Assembly (NCBI GenBank): GCA_002633005.1
Contig: NMRA01000442.1
Location: forward strand, 315,732 to 379,731
Source: Phoronis australis
Taxonomy: Eukaryota; Animalia; Phoronida
Length of the DNA: 64,000 nucleotides
Reading direction: 5' to 3'
The translations under genes were made by a program, and so were the position numbers. Each line of letters begins with the position of its first letter. Position 1 is the stretch's first letter. Below are positions 12,001 through 27,000 of this stretch, one piece after another. The notes beneath the pieces were generated by a model. It did not search any database. It saw only the letters and a list, made by a program, of their open reading frames with translations, and was not told the origin of the DNA.

Positions 12001-15000
12001 ATAAAAGAACTCCAACACGCAAAACAAAAACAAAATTTAAGCTCAACCGACACATTGTCAATTTCAAATATGCAGTGGATTGACCGTTTGGTCTCAGTGA
12101 CAGGGTACACTATCCATAACAATATCAACTAAACAAGCAGATTATATTATCAGATGCCATCAACTTGTTGAAAATATCACTTTACAAATTTTCAGAACAA
12201 CTTCTTCAGAAGTAGAGAGCAAGTTCTTTTATTTCAAATATGTTTGGAGCACTTCAAAATCATTTTTAATACCATTGGCACAATAGAAATTATTGACTTT
12301 AAAATGGCATTTGACACAATAGTCACGTCTTCTAGATTACCTTCATTGGAGATATAATATCTATCTGAAAGCATTAGAAACTCTTCTCATGAGCCAGTCA
12401 TAAGAATGCAAAAAATATGAAAGTAAGCAATGATACAAGCCACAAACTAAACAACAATCATCTATGAGCATAGAATTTTTAACAGTGAGAACTACTTTGC
12501 ATTGCTATTTAAAACTTTACCAAGCAAGATTGAAAAACAAACAGTGTGACTCAATTTTGGGGCCAACAGCTCGAAAAATATTTTATAATCACACAAAATT
12601 ACCCTCACGAAGCCCTCAATTCTCTTCCAATGGTTAAAAAAATTCCCCTCAGGTTCAGAATCATTTTTAACTCACACAGTCCATCGAATTTATGGCAACC
12701 GTGGAGGGATTTTCCCCAACTCCAAAACTTCCCTTTTCAGAAGGCACAAGCACCTTTCGCTCACGTGAGAGAGGGCACTAGTGTTACGGGACTATCAAAA
12801 TACTACCCCAACTTAAATTCTGATGAAATTCCAATTATCTGGTTCACTAATATGACGAGATATCCACTTCATGCCAAAAACAAATGAATTAAATTAAAGT
12901 CCCATTCAGAATTCTCCTTCCTCATGGCAGAGCACAAATTGAAACATACATACACAGTAGCCATTTTTTGATCAAACATAACAATTATAATTAATTGAGA
13001 AAGTCATTTATAGGAGAAAATACTATTCACAATAAGAATTTGTACAGTTTGGATTTTCCAAATCATAAAAAATCCAAACAGCAATCGTTTTGTTAGCAGA
13101 ATTAGCAGTTATGCAAACACAATTATTTTGGCGTTTACCACTGGGTAATAAAATACAATTTCAGACTGACAGGTTAAGTTATGTAAACGTTATGCATTAC
13201 ATACGATAGCTTGTTGCATGCTAATTTTTCAGCTTCAATGTGAAGTGCAACTGTGCAAGGCATGTTCTACACTGTCGCACAGTGTGTAACTGCGTTCAAA
13301 GGAAGGAAAACGAAATCCACACCAGTCAACATCAGCTCACAGAAGAGTGCAACTTTTCACTAAATGAAAAACAAGTGTGCCAACCTGTCAATTCATTGAT
13401 GTCGCCATGGCTCTCCAGGTCAATCTGAGCCTCGATAGAGAGGGCATCGAAGCGATTGAGGAAAAAGTCCCAGGTCCAGATGGGCTGACCACCAAGGCAG
13501 TTGGAGAGTAGGTACATCCTCTGAAGAATCATGCAGCGGTCACCGATGACGGCGTCAAACTGCGCCTCCATGCATTCGCACATGCACTGAAAAGCAGTGA
13601 GACGAGGTTTGATGACATGGTTGAAGTGGCTATAGATTACCCTCCACCACAAGAAAGCTTCCAATGAACTGGAAAGTTGTTATTGCTTTGTTTCAAATTA
13701 TTTCTTAGTCAAATTGAGTGTGATTTCGAGGCTTCAAAAGAACTGGCAATTCCTTATTGCTTGAAATCAGGCTTTGCAGGCTGGCTTTCCACGATGTGCA
13801 CTGAGGACAGTTTTAAGAAATAACAAACCACCAGTTCTTCATAGAAATCACTTCTCATCTGAGTAAGGAACAAGTTGAGACCAGTTGACTAACTCAAAAG
13901 TTTGTTTCTTGGATGGAGCACAGATTTACAGCCGCTTTAAGTCACTTGAAAGTGATCAAATGTTGTCACTAATTCTCTTGTTTCGTCGAGTCTAGTCTTG
14001 ACGTGAGAGTGTGTAATGGAGTGAATGAAGTGTGAATGTGTTGCTGGTCCTCATGGAATAGAGTGAATGAGGTATGGATGTGTTGCTGTCCCTCATGGAA
14101 TGGGGTTAATGTGGTGTGAATGTGTTGAGGGTCCTCATGGGACAGAGTGAATGTGGTGTGAATGTGTTGAGGGTCCTCATGGAACAGAGTGAATGTGGTG
14201 TGAATGTGTTGAGGGTCCTCATGGGACAGAGTGAATGTGGTGTGAATGTGTTGAGGGTCCTCATGGGACAGAGTGAATGTGGTGTGAATGTGTTGAGGGT
14301 CCTCATGGGACAGAGTGAAGGTGGTGTGGATGTGTTGAGGGTCCTCATGGAATAGAGCGAATGAGGTATGGATGTGTTGCTGTCCCTCATGGAATGGGGT
14401 TAATGTGGTGTGAATGTGTTGAGGGTCCTCATGGGACAGAGTGAATGTAATGTGAATGTGTTGACGGTCCTCATGGAAAGCAGTGCACAGCACAAATATA
14501 TTTACAAAACCGATTCTCTTAAAAGAGAAAAGAAATCCTTGGTAGCCATGACAGTTTAATTTCAGACAAAAATAATTGCCAAAATTGGCCTTTTTTCACT
14601 TTTCAAAGGTTTCTAGCATTATTGTGAATGACCACATTCTCTCAAAATCAGTGTCAGATGACATGGTACGGCCTTTAAAAATGACACAGCATTAATTTGG
14701 TGTTTACTGATCATTTTATGAAAAAAAGAGAAAATAAAATTTCACTTGCAGGCTTTAAATTGTGTCCTACATTGTTAGCACATAACGCAGAAAATGTTGC
14801 TTCAATAATGTTGGTTAAGTTTGCAGTACAAATGTAAGAATTTCAAACAGTTGCTCAGTTACCTGTATCGAGGTTGGCTTGATGCTCTCCAATGCCAAGT
14901 GCACTTTCTGGGAAACTGCGGTGTTGACGTCGTGGAGTAGACCAATGAAATGCGAGAAGATGTGTGCCAGGCAATTAACAATGACCTGGTTGATTTTCAC

Positions 15001-18000
15001 AGAGGCCGGGTCCATGAGGCGGGCAAGCACTGTGGCTTTTTCAACTGCAAGATTTATCACAACAGTTCTATCAAAAGGTATAACCAGCAAAAACAGGCTG
15101 ACGCAAGACCAAGCTCTAACCAACAATTCATTTAGTTAAAATACGTAAACAAACTAGGTAATTAGCAGGTGATCAAAAAACGGCACCAATTGATCATTTT
15201 TTCACACAGTTCTCCACAAGGTTGAAAGCTAAATACAAGAATGATGGAAAATTTTAGAATATTCCTCAATTACGGTATTCCACTTACTTAGCACACAATA
15301 TAGCAGACAAGTGAATTCTATCTTGTCAAACTTTACCACAAATACAAAGATTAGAATGTTTTAGTCTATTACTAGCTTAGTTCTTACTGTGTAGATGTCA
15401 TAAAACAAATTTTGGTAAATTTTCATTATATGCTGTACAGTAATGTAATGAGCCAATGAAAAATGGAAAATGACAATTTTCATTTGTAATTACTTTGTGT
15501 AAAGTGGAAAATTACAGTAAGGATGCCTTCAAAAGTAACAGAATGTACACTTATGGAAGACACTTTACCTCTCCATTAAACGTACGTCCCTACTGATAAT
15601 TTTGATATTTTGGAGCATTTACAAGCCTACGCCAGCAATGTCTTCCCCAGTGAAAATTTGGACACTTTTGAAATATGGATAATCTTTTGCAACACTGAAT
15701 GTTGATTTTTCATTAAATACTATTAAGCAAGCTCATTGATCATTTGAAACAGATTCATTTCTAATCATTCCAGATCAGTCGTCAGTCATTGACCATTTGA
15801 AAGACAGCATTTTCACATTCTAACCTTGAGTCACCATGAGTAAGGTAAAAGAGACCAATTGCACGAAGGTTGCTACTCAATAAAACTTTTCATTCAAGAC
15901 AATGTATTAGGAGTCACCCTACACCCATACATCGTAAAAATTTAAAGGTGGAATTGCATTCAAACACAACATATTACAAGTAAAACTGCAGTATGCCTTG
16001 TTAGCTATAACACCTGTAACATGTTCCTTGGTTGGATGTTTCCCATGTCAGAAATGCATTGAAAATAATTTTATACTGCTACAGTAACACCTGTTTTTAA
16101 CAAGTGTCTTTCTTGATTACCCTTGACCAATTCACACTCCATGCACTTAGTTACATGTGTGCCATCAACACATTCACACCACATTCCCTTTGTTCCCTGA
16201 GGACCCTCAAGACATTCAAGTCACATTTACTCCGTTCCACGAATACCTTCAACAAATTCACATGGCATGCACTTCGTATCATGTGTGCGCCATCAACACA
16301 TTCACACCACATTCCCTTTGTTCCATGAGGACCCTCAACACATTCACGGCACACTTACTCCGTTCCACGAATACCTTCAACAAATTCACATGGCATGCAC
16401 TTCGCATCATGTGCGCCATCAACACATTCAAATCACATTCACTTTGTTTCACTCGACACATTTACACCACACTCCCTACGTTCCATGAGGACCCTCACCA
16501 CATTCACACCACATTCACCCCACTGTGAGAGGATTCTCACCACATTCACCCTGTTCCATGAGAACTCTCAACAGATTCATGTCACATTCACCCCACTCTG
16601 TAAGGATTCTCAACATATTCACCGTTTCATGAAAACCCTCCACACATTCACACCGCATTCACTTTGTTCCATGAGGAACCTTACAATATTAACACCACAA
16701 TCACTGTTTCATGCACTCACGTCAAGACCAGGCATGAGGAGACAAGAAACAATTAGTTAACACTCATAGCCTACCAGAATTGCAAACTCGAGACTCATAA
16801 AAGATTTCCTGATCCAAATCATTACCCTATACTGTGTTGCATGAATAAAGAACAGAGCTGTGCATCATGGCTATCAACATAATTAATAAACAACACTACA
16901 CCAGATGGCACCACACATGCATTGAATTCTGCTTTACGACGAGTGCACTAACCCACCTGCACTGAAGCGCACCCTCCAGTCTTCATGCATAAACTCGGTC
17001 TCGACCAACTTCCACAGTCTGTCTGCCCCAGTCAGTAATGTGACGCAGTGCAGCAACATGGAGACACACATAATGGACAGGTGGGAGTTGTCTCCCTCCA
17101 ACATGGTCCAGAAACTGACAAAACAAAATTTCACAGACTGAGTTGAAAGAGATAGTTGCCTTCCAGAATGAAAGGAACTAAAAATACAAAGAAGCAGTCT
17201 TCGGGCATTATTAAATTTCAATGTATAATTTCTGAAGGCACTTAAAAGTTTATGCAAATCAATTGCAGAACGTTTTCCTAGCAATGAAAACAAATGAGGC
17301 CACTCACATTCAGTAAGTAGTCCCTAAAATCTTAAAAACATTCAAAATTACTTAATATAATCCAACAATACCATGGAATCAGTTTCTTTTTCAACAAATG
17401 CTGTACATAGGACTCGTTGTCCTTGAGAGATATAGTCAGCACTTCACCATGAAGAATCAGAATCTTGATCGATTTCAACACGTAAAACAGAATATCAGTG
17501 TCTGTCTCCGTCTCCATTTCCTGGAAACAAACACCATTCAGTGACTTGGTAACACCACATACTAACAATAAATATGAAAACATAGAATACATTCAATAAA
17601 AGTAACTTGTACTTACTGACAGACCTGTCACAGCAAAAAAAAAACGTAAAACAAATATTCATTGCAAAAAGAGAAATGAAGCGTATTATTATTATTATTA
17701 TTCCACGTGGTTCATTAATTATTTAAAGCTGCCCTTCACACTGTATAGCTGTGACTGTAAAACGAAAATCAACTTAGACTTTTTCCTCTCATAAAATTGG
17801 GTCTCGAAATATTCCTTAACATCATAGGATTCTACTTCTGTCACCGACTCTAGTCGCAGGCACACATGCATCATTTTCAAATTCCCACTTTTAGGGTTGA
17901 CCAAGTTCAAGCCCAATAAGCCGAAAAACCTTATCATGTTAATGAATGTTATGAAACAGAATTTATGAGAGTAAAATACCTACTTGATTTTTGTTTTTAG

Positions 18001-21000
18001 CTAATTTAACAGAGCAAAATGTAGCTATAATATGGAAAATGGAAGCACACCCAAAAATACCTCATGCATTACATCAGTGCCCTCATTTCTTCTAGTCCGT
18101 CCATCTACTACTAGAGGGCACTAGCGTGTCAGCAATGATTAAAATGACCCTGGTTAACAGGATCACTGAGCACACACAGAATTCCTTGTCATATCAGCCA
18201 AGTGTAAGCAGAATACAAGGACATAACACGGCAATTATCCACCTATATAGCACACACTATGGCAGACATGTTATGTCAAATTTCTCCAAAAAATAAAGAG
18301 AAGATCAGATTTTACTGTTTTTAGCGATATCAGATTTCTCAAAAAATAAAGAGAAAATGATTTTACTCTGTTTTTAGCGACGTCAGATTTCTAAAAAATA
18401 AAGAGAAAAGGATTTTACATTCTGTTTTTAGCTATGTTAGAACCGTGGCGATGTCATAAAACAACATTTGGTCAAGTTTCACATTGTTCCCACCAAGTTA
18501 ATCAGACTTTTGAGAAATAGAAAAACAACAATTTTGGCAACTACTCCTCTGCAAAATAAGAGTGGAATTACTGTTAGCTGGAATGACAAGGCAAGTTCTT
18601 CCCCATCTAGAAAACGGAATGGACCTTCTGGGAGATGAGAAGCCAGGCGGAGTTTTGTCCCACTTCCCATGTAGTCATGGCGATAACTTGATACCGAACA
18701 GTGGGAATTGGTATGAGGTTTGTAAGACCTCATGCTGGTTTTCCACGTGCAGGGATGTATACCTTTTGTGAGGTTGAGCAACAATAAACCGAATTTGTAC
18801 CACTTTTCTGCTAAGTCCGGAACCCGCAAAAGGTCTGTTCAGAAGTGCACTATGCACTGTGAACTAAAGGAGCACACGATACATGCAAAGAGCTTACACA
18901 CAGATAGCAGTGTTTTATGCCAACACTTTTTCATTCATTTTCCACCCTACTTACATGAATAAGGGTGTGAAGAATTTGCAGGTAAGCTGGCATGTCACCG
19001 ATTATAAACTCCGAGTCCCCAGTCTCCTCATTGCTGGTGATGTCTGAGTCATTCTCTGTGTTATACATAGACAGGGTGCCCTCCCCTGGAAACAGCCAAA
19101 ACTTTGAATTATAGCAACGCCGTTCTCCAATTAAAGCTCAGTCTATTTTGCAGAGCATACAGGTGTTGTATAAGACCTACTGAAAAATAAATAAGGCAAA
19201 GCCAACACGGCACTGTTAGAAAATGCAATGCAAATGCCATGATAAAATAGCAATAAAACAAGCTGCAATATGCCCAGAGCAGGTGTATTGAATTTTCTAA
19301 AGCACATATCTCAAAAATGGGATTTGAATCCAGCTGGTTCACTGACCACAAGAGTACAGAAAACAACATATAACGTCGGTGACGACCAGAGCAGCAAAAT
19401 CACACAGCGGAGTCACACACACGCTTTTTTGGGGCAGGAAATGACGTTTTTTTGCTTAGAAAGCCTGATTTTCCACTATAATTGGGACAAAAACATTCAT
19501 ACGACTGGTTAGGGATCAGACCCAAGTAATATCATTTTCCCAAGTGTACACAGACTGATGTTTATAATTATGCTTTAAATGTTAATGCTGGTCAATTACT
19601 GTCTCGCATAATAGGAGACTTTTGTCGCACAACGCTGGCTAAAAACTTCAAGAGGTATCTGTCAACACCTAACACAAAATGTATAATCAATTTTCCATTC
19701 CGTGTTTATCATTCACCCAATGCCAACTAAATGGAAAGACGCAAAAAATCCGACCACTTTTATGTTGAATCTCCTCCATCTTGGGTAAATCCTTCTCCGG
19801 CAACTTCACTTCATCTCTCGGCGACACGTACGCTATGAGGCGGCAGGCAAGCTCATAGAACAGCGTGTTCTGACTACAGAATTTGCAGACTCCTGATTGG
19901 TTGTCCTGACAGGTGTGAACGCCCTCTCTTGGCCCAGACAGCATGGCATTGGCCAATAGGAGCATCTCTTTAGACTTGTTGAGGTGGAGACCAAGGTGGC
20001 TGGGTGTGTTACTCAATTCAATCTGGATTGAATGAATTAAATCCAACTTTTATTTATGGGAAATGTAAACATCTAAATACTATTGTGGTTTTAAAATCTG
20101 AACTATGTGAAGAGTTTAACAGGTGGAAAATTAAAGGATTATTCATAAGATTGCTCCATTTACAATTGTTACACAACATTTATCAAATTCATTTGGCGTT
20201 AAAACATCCAAGGCATTTTAACTGAATTTTCTTAACATGTGCGTTGGGAGTTTACACAAATGTTAACCCCAAAACATATACAAATATATGGTATAATTGT
20301 TACAATTGTTAAGATTGTTTTGTAGCCAATGGCTGACTAAATCACCACAGACAAAACATATGAGCTTCAGCTGCCAATTTTGACGTGAAACTCAGTTCAC
20401 AGTTGTGTATTGCTACCATGTCATTCGTTATTTCGTAGAGAGATAAGTCGACATCTGTCCTTCTGATACTAGTAAAGTATTACTGCTGCATAAAGAGTTG
20501 TAATGCAGACATCAAAATTTTTGAAAAAGCTGAGTGATGGTGATAAATCATTTTTTGCTTGTCTGACTGAAGTGGGCTAGCAGCTTACATTTAGAAACTA
20601 GGTAGACTGTACAACGCATTTTTCTACCTCAGAGTTGAATCCAGGATGTGGGAATTAAACCAGCTGGCTCAGACAAAGTTACAACCAGTTTTGACCAAAA
20701 CACAGTTGACATAGGAATCTCCAACAGCGTGTGTATGGGCGCGTATTTAACACCAAGCTAATCATGGCTCACTATATCCAAGGGGGATAATGTCGGCAGA
20801 GTCATGGCTCACCGTAGCCAAGGAGGATATTGTCGACATCATCATGGTCTCTAGTCATGGATCACCATATCCAATGGGGATAGTGTCATCAGTGTCATGG
20901 TTTATAGTCATGGCTCACTATATTCAAGGGAGATAATGTCAGCAGTGTCATAGTCTCTAGTCATGGGTCACCATATCCAAGGTGGATAGCGTCATCAGTG

Positions 21001-24000
21001 TCATGGTCTCTAGTCATGGGTCACCAAATCCAATAGGGATAGTGTCAGCAGTGTCCTAGTCTATAGTCATGGTTCGCCATATCCAAGGGGAATACTGTCA
21101 TCAGTGTCATGGTCTATAATATAATAATTGCAGGCGGTCTGATACACGTTGTACCAGAAATGCACAGGCCTCGCATGTGGGCCCATTGCACTGATCACCT
21201 GGAAATATTTTTATGCTTTATTAACATATGGTTAAAACCGAGCTGATTAGCTAGAAACCTGGCTCAAGGGTTTAGCAGTGTGACCTGGTGTGACTCGAAC
21301 CCACGACCTCGAGTAATGAAAGCGGGCACTTATCAACCAGGCCACACTGTCTATAGTCATGGCTCACTATATCCAAGGGAGATAATGTCACCAGTGTCAT
21401 AGTCTCTAGTCATTACCTGCTTCAATAGTATATCCAACATCAAGATGAAGCAGGTGATGTTCAACTCCCCCTCATCCTCTACATCATCGAAGTCCCCGGG
21501 AAGCGGTGACACGTGACCAGCGACGTCATCCTCTAGTATCTCATCTAAAGCTGGCTGGAGCAGGGCGTCGTCGCTGGGGATCACATTGAGCACAGAGGAG
21601 CTGGTGTGGGTGGCGACGACCGGCGGGGAGCACAGGAAGGCGACGCCCATCTTAAACATCTTCAGTAACATCAGCAAGGGGATGACGATGTCAACGGAGG
21701 AGAGAATCTGGTGGTAAAGGCAGATGGGTAGAATGAGAAGTATGGTGATTCTTCAACTATTTAGCATGCCACAATATGGTGAACAACTAAAATATTTTAT
21801 CTAGTCAAATTTGTGAATAAAGAGCAAGACATTTTTGTGTCGATGATCAGCTTGGTTCGTACAGAGAAAAAATATGGACAACTTTCCATTATTTGTCAAA
21901 AAACAATGAGCCACTGAAAAACAGAAAAACAATAACTTGGGCAAGTAATAAGAGGAGAATTATAAAGGAAATTTTAAGTCAAAATTGAACACAAAATCAA
22001 CAGAAAATAATAGTATTGCTAAAATTGTCATTTTCTGCAAATTCAAAGATGTATGACAGTGCTAAAAAGGCTCAGATTTCAACCTGTCATGTTATGTTTG
22101 TCTACTGCATAGGACAAATAAACACAGTTGCGTCCCATCTCGAAGTGTGACCATTTATCGTATCGTCAATATTAAACATCCCAAGACCAAAGTGAGGCAC
22201 TGTGCTTCAGGCAAGTACTACTATTGTAGGCTTTAGATATTTCGGAGCAAACATTTTTGCTATAGAAATGATGAGGTCACTGAAAAAACATTCCCGTGGC
22301 TTTTGCAAAATTATACTGCTTGAAAAATCCGCTTGACAAAAAGTATAACAATTATGCAAATGACTTTTATTAGTACTTGAAGGTGACTGAGATTAAATTG
22401 TTTTTATTTATCCCTTAATTTTTTAATAAATGTATACATTCGTTTTGTATGTGTGTTTATACGTATGTTTGTAAGCCTAATAGTCATGCCAGAAATACTA
22501 CCCTCGGGCAATTTCTGGGCAACGCAGGTATGCGTACAATTGCATCTTGGGATTATATCTAATAAATTTTGTTAAAAATGCCACAGCCTGCAAATACTTA
22601 TGACATAAAATCAGTGACAGACANTCGCTAGCGACAGGCTTAGGAGAAGGGTGTTTCCTTCTTTTGCTTTCATGGAAAGTTGATCGTTATCATGTGCAAA
22701 TTGAACTGAAACGAATGCCTGATGAGAGAAAATACATATTCTGAGGTTCAGTGGAGACTTACTCTGTTACACTATAGAAATGATGAGGTCACTGAAAAAA
22801 CATTCCCGTGGCTTTTGCAAAATTATACTGCTTGAAAAATCCGCTTGACAAAAAGTATAACAATTATGCAAATGACTTTTATTAGTACTTGAAGGCGACT
22901 GAGATAAAATTGTTTTTATATATCCCTTAATTTTTTAATAAATGTATACATTCGTTTTGTAAGTATGTGTGTTTATACGTATGTTTGTAAGCCTAATAGT
23001 CATGCCAGAAATACTACCCTCGGGCAATTTCTGGGCAACGCAGGTATGCGTACAATTGCATCTTGGGATTATATCTAATAAATTTTGTTAAAAATGCCAC
23101 AGCCTGCAAATACTTATGACATAAAATCAGTGACAGACAAGATGTATTCAAGACAATCGTGCCTATACCTGAAGCCACTGAAGAGCTTGTTCTTGTATGG
23201 ATGCCTCTGAGTCTTCAAAACGTTCGTCAATGAAATGGTACATCTTATCCAACAGAAACGGCAGGGGGCTCATTTCGATGTCAAACGTTTTACTGAAGAT
23301 AAGAAACAAGCGGGCCTAGTGTAAATTAGTGTTATTTTGACAAGTTCTACACAAACAACACACCTGTAAGTTCAAACCACATCTAATATCTGGCTTAACA
23401 ATGTACTTAGTTGGATTACAAAGCCTTGCATACCTGCGCGGTGTTACCCCTTCGCAAACTCACAGTACTGCCTCAGGACACTAGGGTGTGGTTTGTATTT
23501 GATCAGTTTGCACTCAAAATTGTTTATAAGGCCAACCAAAGCAAAGTCGGTTCTGGTCTCTAACCCGACTCATTTTGAGACCTGCACTCACTGACTAAAA
23601 AGACACATAAGCAAGGTTGGATTTAGTAAGCGAAAAAAACTAATACTGCGTCATTTTGGTCATATCCCGTGGATTTTTTTTTTGAAAATATGAGCAACAA
23701 AGAAAAACGCTGTACCACCAATGTTACATTTGATCACTTTTTCCCCTCAAAAATTGTTCATAAATGATGGACAATTACCTAGCAAAATGCCTCTTTAAAG
23801 TGTTTTAACAGTACCACAGATTGAAGTATAATTGTTTTCTTGACCACGTACACCGATACAAAGATGAGAGTTTACCATACAGATGTCATAACTACAACCT
23901 TCATCTCATTGTACATAACCAATAACTTACAAGAACACAGACTATGGACTTACTTTAACAGTGTCTTGATCTCGACCACTTCATTACTTGGGATCTCAGT

Positions 24001-27000
24001 CCTGATAGCTTCCAACCAATAGGGCATGATGTAATCCCACACCTAACGGAGTCAACAAAACAGAATACAAAATAGAGAGCGAGACCACACAGTAGAGACA
24101 ACAAAGACCATAAAGGCAATGTGCTCATTACAGAACTTCAATTTCGCTGTTCTTAAACAATTTCAAAAAGAAAAGAATGGCATTTTTAAAAAATAAAATA
24201 TTTCATCATGGTCACAAATATTTTGAAAAATGCGAACAGTTTTGCATTTACATCTAATGTTTTGTTTCATAGTAGAGTTCAAATGGCTACTACCTTATGT
24301 ATTAAGTAAAACAAACGACACCAGAAATATTGCCTACAGAACAGTCTGGGTCACTGAAATGGGAGACATGGTACTATTCACAAGATGATGCTAAAGAAGA
24401 ATGAGCCCCATTTCTATTGTCAGAATAGACTGAGAACTAAGTCACTAGGACATTCACAGGATAATGATCCCATGCAGCAACCTGATCACGTCCACTTATA
24501 TCTTGCAGTTAGAATCATAGCCTCACAAGCACCACCTAGCAAATTTCGAGCTCCCAACAATACTGTTCTTACAACTGCAATGACTTGGGAACCATCAAAC
24601 TTCTAGCCACTTCACCTCATAGGTAACGATGTCGTACGGCCCCAGACAGTTTAATTTCTGTAGTCCCTCCTTGATCTGTGCCGTACGGCTAGACATGGTG
24701 TCCCATGTGCCACCGATGCGGGCGTACTCCACAGGGTGGGGAAGAAGGCAGGTGAGGATGACCTCGTAGTGTGTCTTCTTGACCTCTTGCAGCCAGTTGT
24801 AGATGTACTGGAATATGATCAGAGGAAAAGAACAATGCAGAGGTCATCTACATAAATAACCTTTGAAATGAGAAGTGTAGACAGTGTCCACACAAATCAA
24901 AAACTTTAAGTTGCTGAATCCTCATTTTTCACCAGTTTTGATTAGTTTTGAATTGTTTGGAATTGAAACAAGAAAAGGTTTTATGAGTTTTCACAAACTT
25001 TGGAATTTTCCTGAAAAGCTGAGGTCACTGGCATTTAACTGGCAATGTTTCAGACTTCTCTGAGGTTCAAGTTTTCGGTCATGATTATCAAGGAATACAA
25101 CGACACCTGGGTTTGGGGATTTTTTGTGCTTTGAACATAGATCACGATTGGCTTTGATGAATGGCATAAAGAAATTAGATCTAATTTGAATTTCACATGT
25201 CAAACTTGGTTTCAGCAAAGTTTAAACTTCTAATTTATAAATATCTGAAATGAGTACATTTAAACTGATTTCATAATTCATTTCTATGAGCAACAAGTCA
25301 GAAGAGGGGCCCCAACATTCAACTTATATTGGTCAGGAGAGATTTTTTTATTAATTAAATCCATTTAAAAACTTCAAGTTAAATGTTGTCTACAATATGA
25401 CCTTTTGCAATCATGGCAAATATAATTATACTTACAACAAGCCAGGAAGGGATAAATATTCAACTTTCCAGAGCAAATATTGGAGACCATTTTTTGAAAT
25501 TTCATAAGATAACGTTAACCAAATTTAAAATCTTCAATTTGCTGTTATATGCAATTCATCATTTTCAATTGCAAATCTAATACATACCTCGGGTTTCAAC
25601 TTTTCTAAGGCATTACCAACATTGTCTGAAAAATAAAACTTCCAATTAACACTAAGGCTTTATAAAAATTCAGTTCTAATGTCAAAATTTGATCATTCAC
25701 TCTGTTGATTGCCACGGACATATCTAGCACCCGTGGCTAGTTTCAAACTGCTTTAAACCTGCAAGAAAACTTTTGGCTTGGATAACAGACAACTACAAGA
25801 CTGATCCCAGTTATGGTGTTTGCATCATGCAACTTGTTCAGTGTCGCATCTTTGAAGAATTATTTTTTAATGAAAATGACTATAATAAAAGATTCGAAAT
25901 ATATTTCAGAGTGAGTAAAATATGCCAAATTAAACAGAAATGCCATAAAAAATGTATCATTTCTGTTTAAAGGTTCCAAGCTAAGTTCCCCACAATGCCT
26001 TGTTTGTGTCTCATGAGACTACTACATCACAAGGGTCCATGCCCTGACTCACCATCAGGCAGATACGCAACACAGTCGAACCAATGGAACAATATTCCTA
26101 GCAGCCGTCCCAACTGTTCAACGGGCACGCCCTCTGATGGCTTACACAGCTCCACCATCATCCAGATGCCGTAGCGGCTCAGTAGTTTACGCTCCTCCGT
26201 GTAGGCCGTCTTATCTGGGTGATCCTCCGCCAGATCTAGCACTGATTTGTCATGCGGCTCGGCCTCCTTAAGTAGGCTGAGGAAAACAAGAAATGTTAAG
26301 TGAACAAAACCTTACATATTCTATGCATGTCTGTCAATCTGGTTGAAATAACCTTTGACATACACAGAGTAGGTTATTGAAGAAAAAGTTAAAGCTGATG
26401 AATATCTGAAAGAAGTCTGTTACATTTTTGATTCATTACGACTGAAATGAAAAGATAACATATAGGGCGACTTAAAAGTAGAAGGCACAATCTGTAAGGA
26501 ATGTTGTTATTGCTTAGTGCTATTTCTGCTACTGCTTAGTACTAATTCTGCTACTGCTTAGTACTANTCGCAAACTCACAGTACTGCCTCAGGACACTAG
26601 GGTGTGGTTTGTATTTGATCAGTTTGCACTCAAAATTGTTTATAAGGACAAACAAAGCAAAGCCGGTTCAGGTCTCTAACCTGACTCATTTTGAGACCTG
26701 CACTCACTGACTAAAAAGACACATAAGCAAGGTTGGATTTAGTAAGCGAAAAAAACTAATACTGCGTCATTTTGGTCATATCCCGTGGATTTTTTTTTTT
26801 GAAAATATGAGCAACAAAGAAAAACGCTGTACCACCAATGTTACATTTGATCACTTTTCCCCCTCAAAAATTGTTCATAAATGATGGACAATTACCTCGC
26901 AAAATGCCTCTTTAAAGTGTTTTAACAGTACCACAGATTGAGGTACTGTTTTCTTGACCACATACACCAACACAAAGATGAGAGTTTACCATACAGATGT

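Noticed and set aside
13969-14493. 174-aa His-rich ORF (HEDPQHIHTTFTL)n and related ORFs at 16104-16760
   Set aside because: By-product of a 42-bp minisatellite; no splice support and not part of UNC79
18479-18962. Cluster of short ORFs, possibly a nested gene
   Set aside because: No recognisable motif and stops in all frames; possibly an old TE fragment
23452-26566. A second unc-79 paralog
   Set aside because: Only an internal block, near-identical and bounded by a single-N join like three other local duplications
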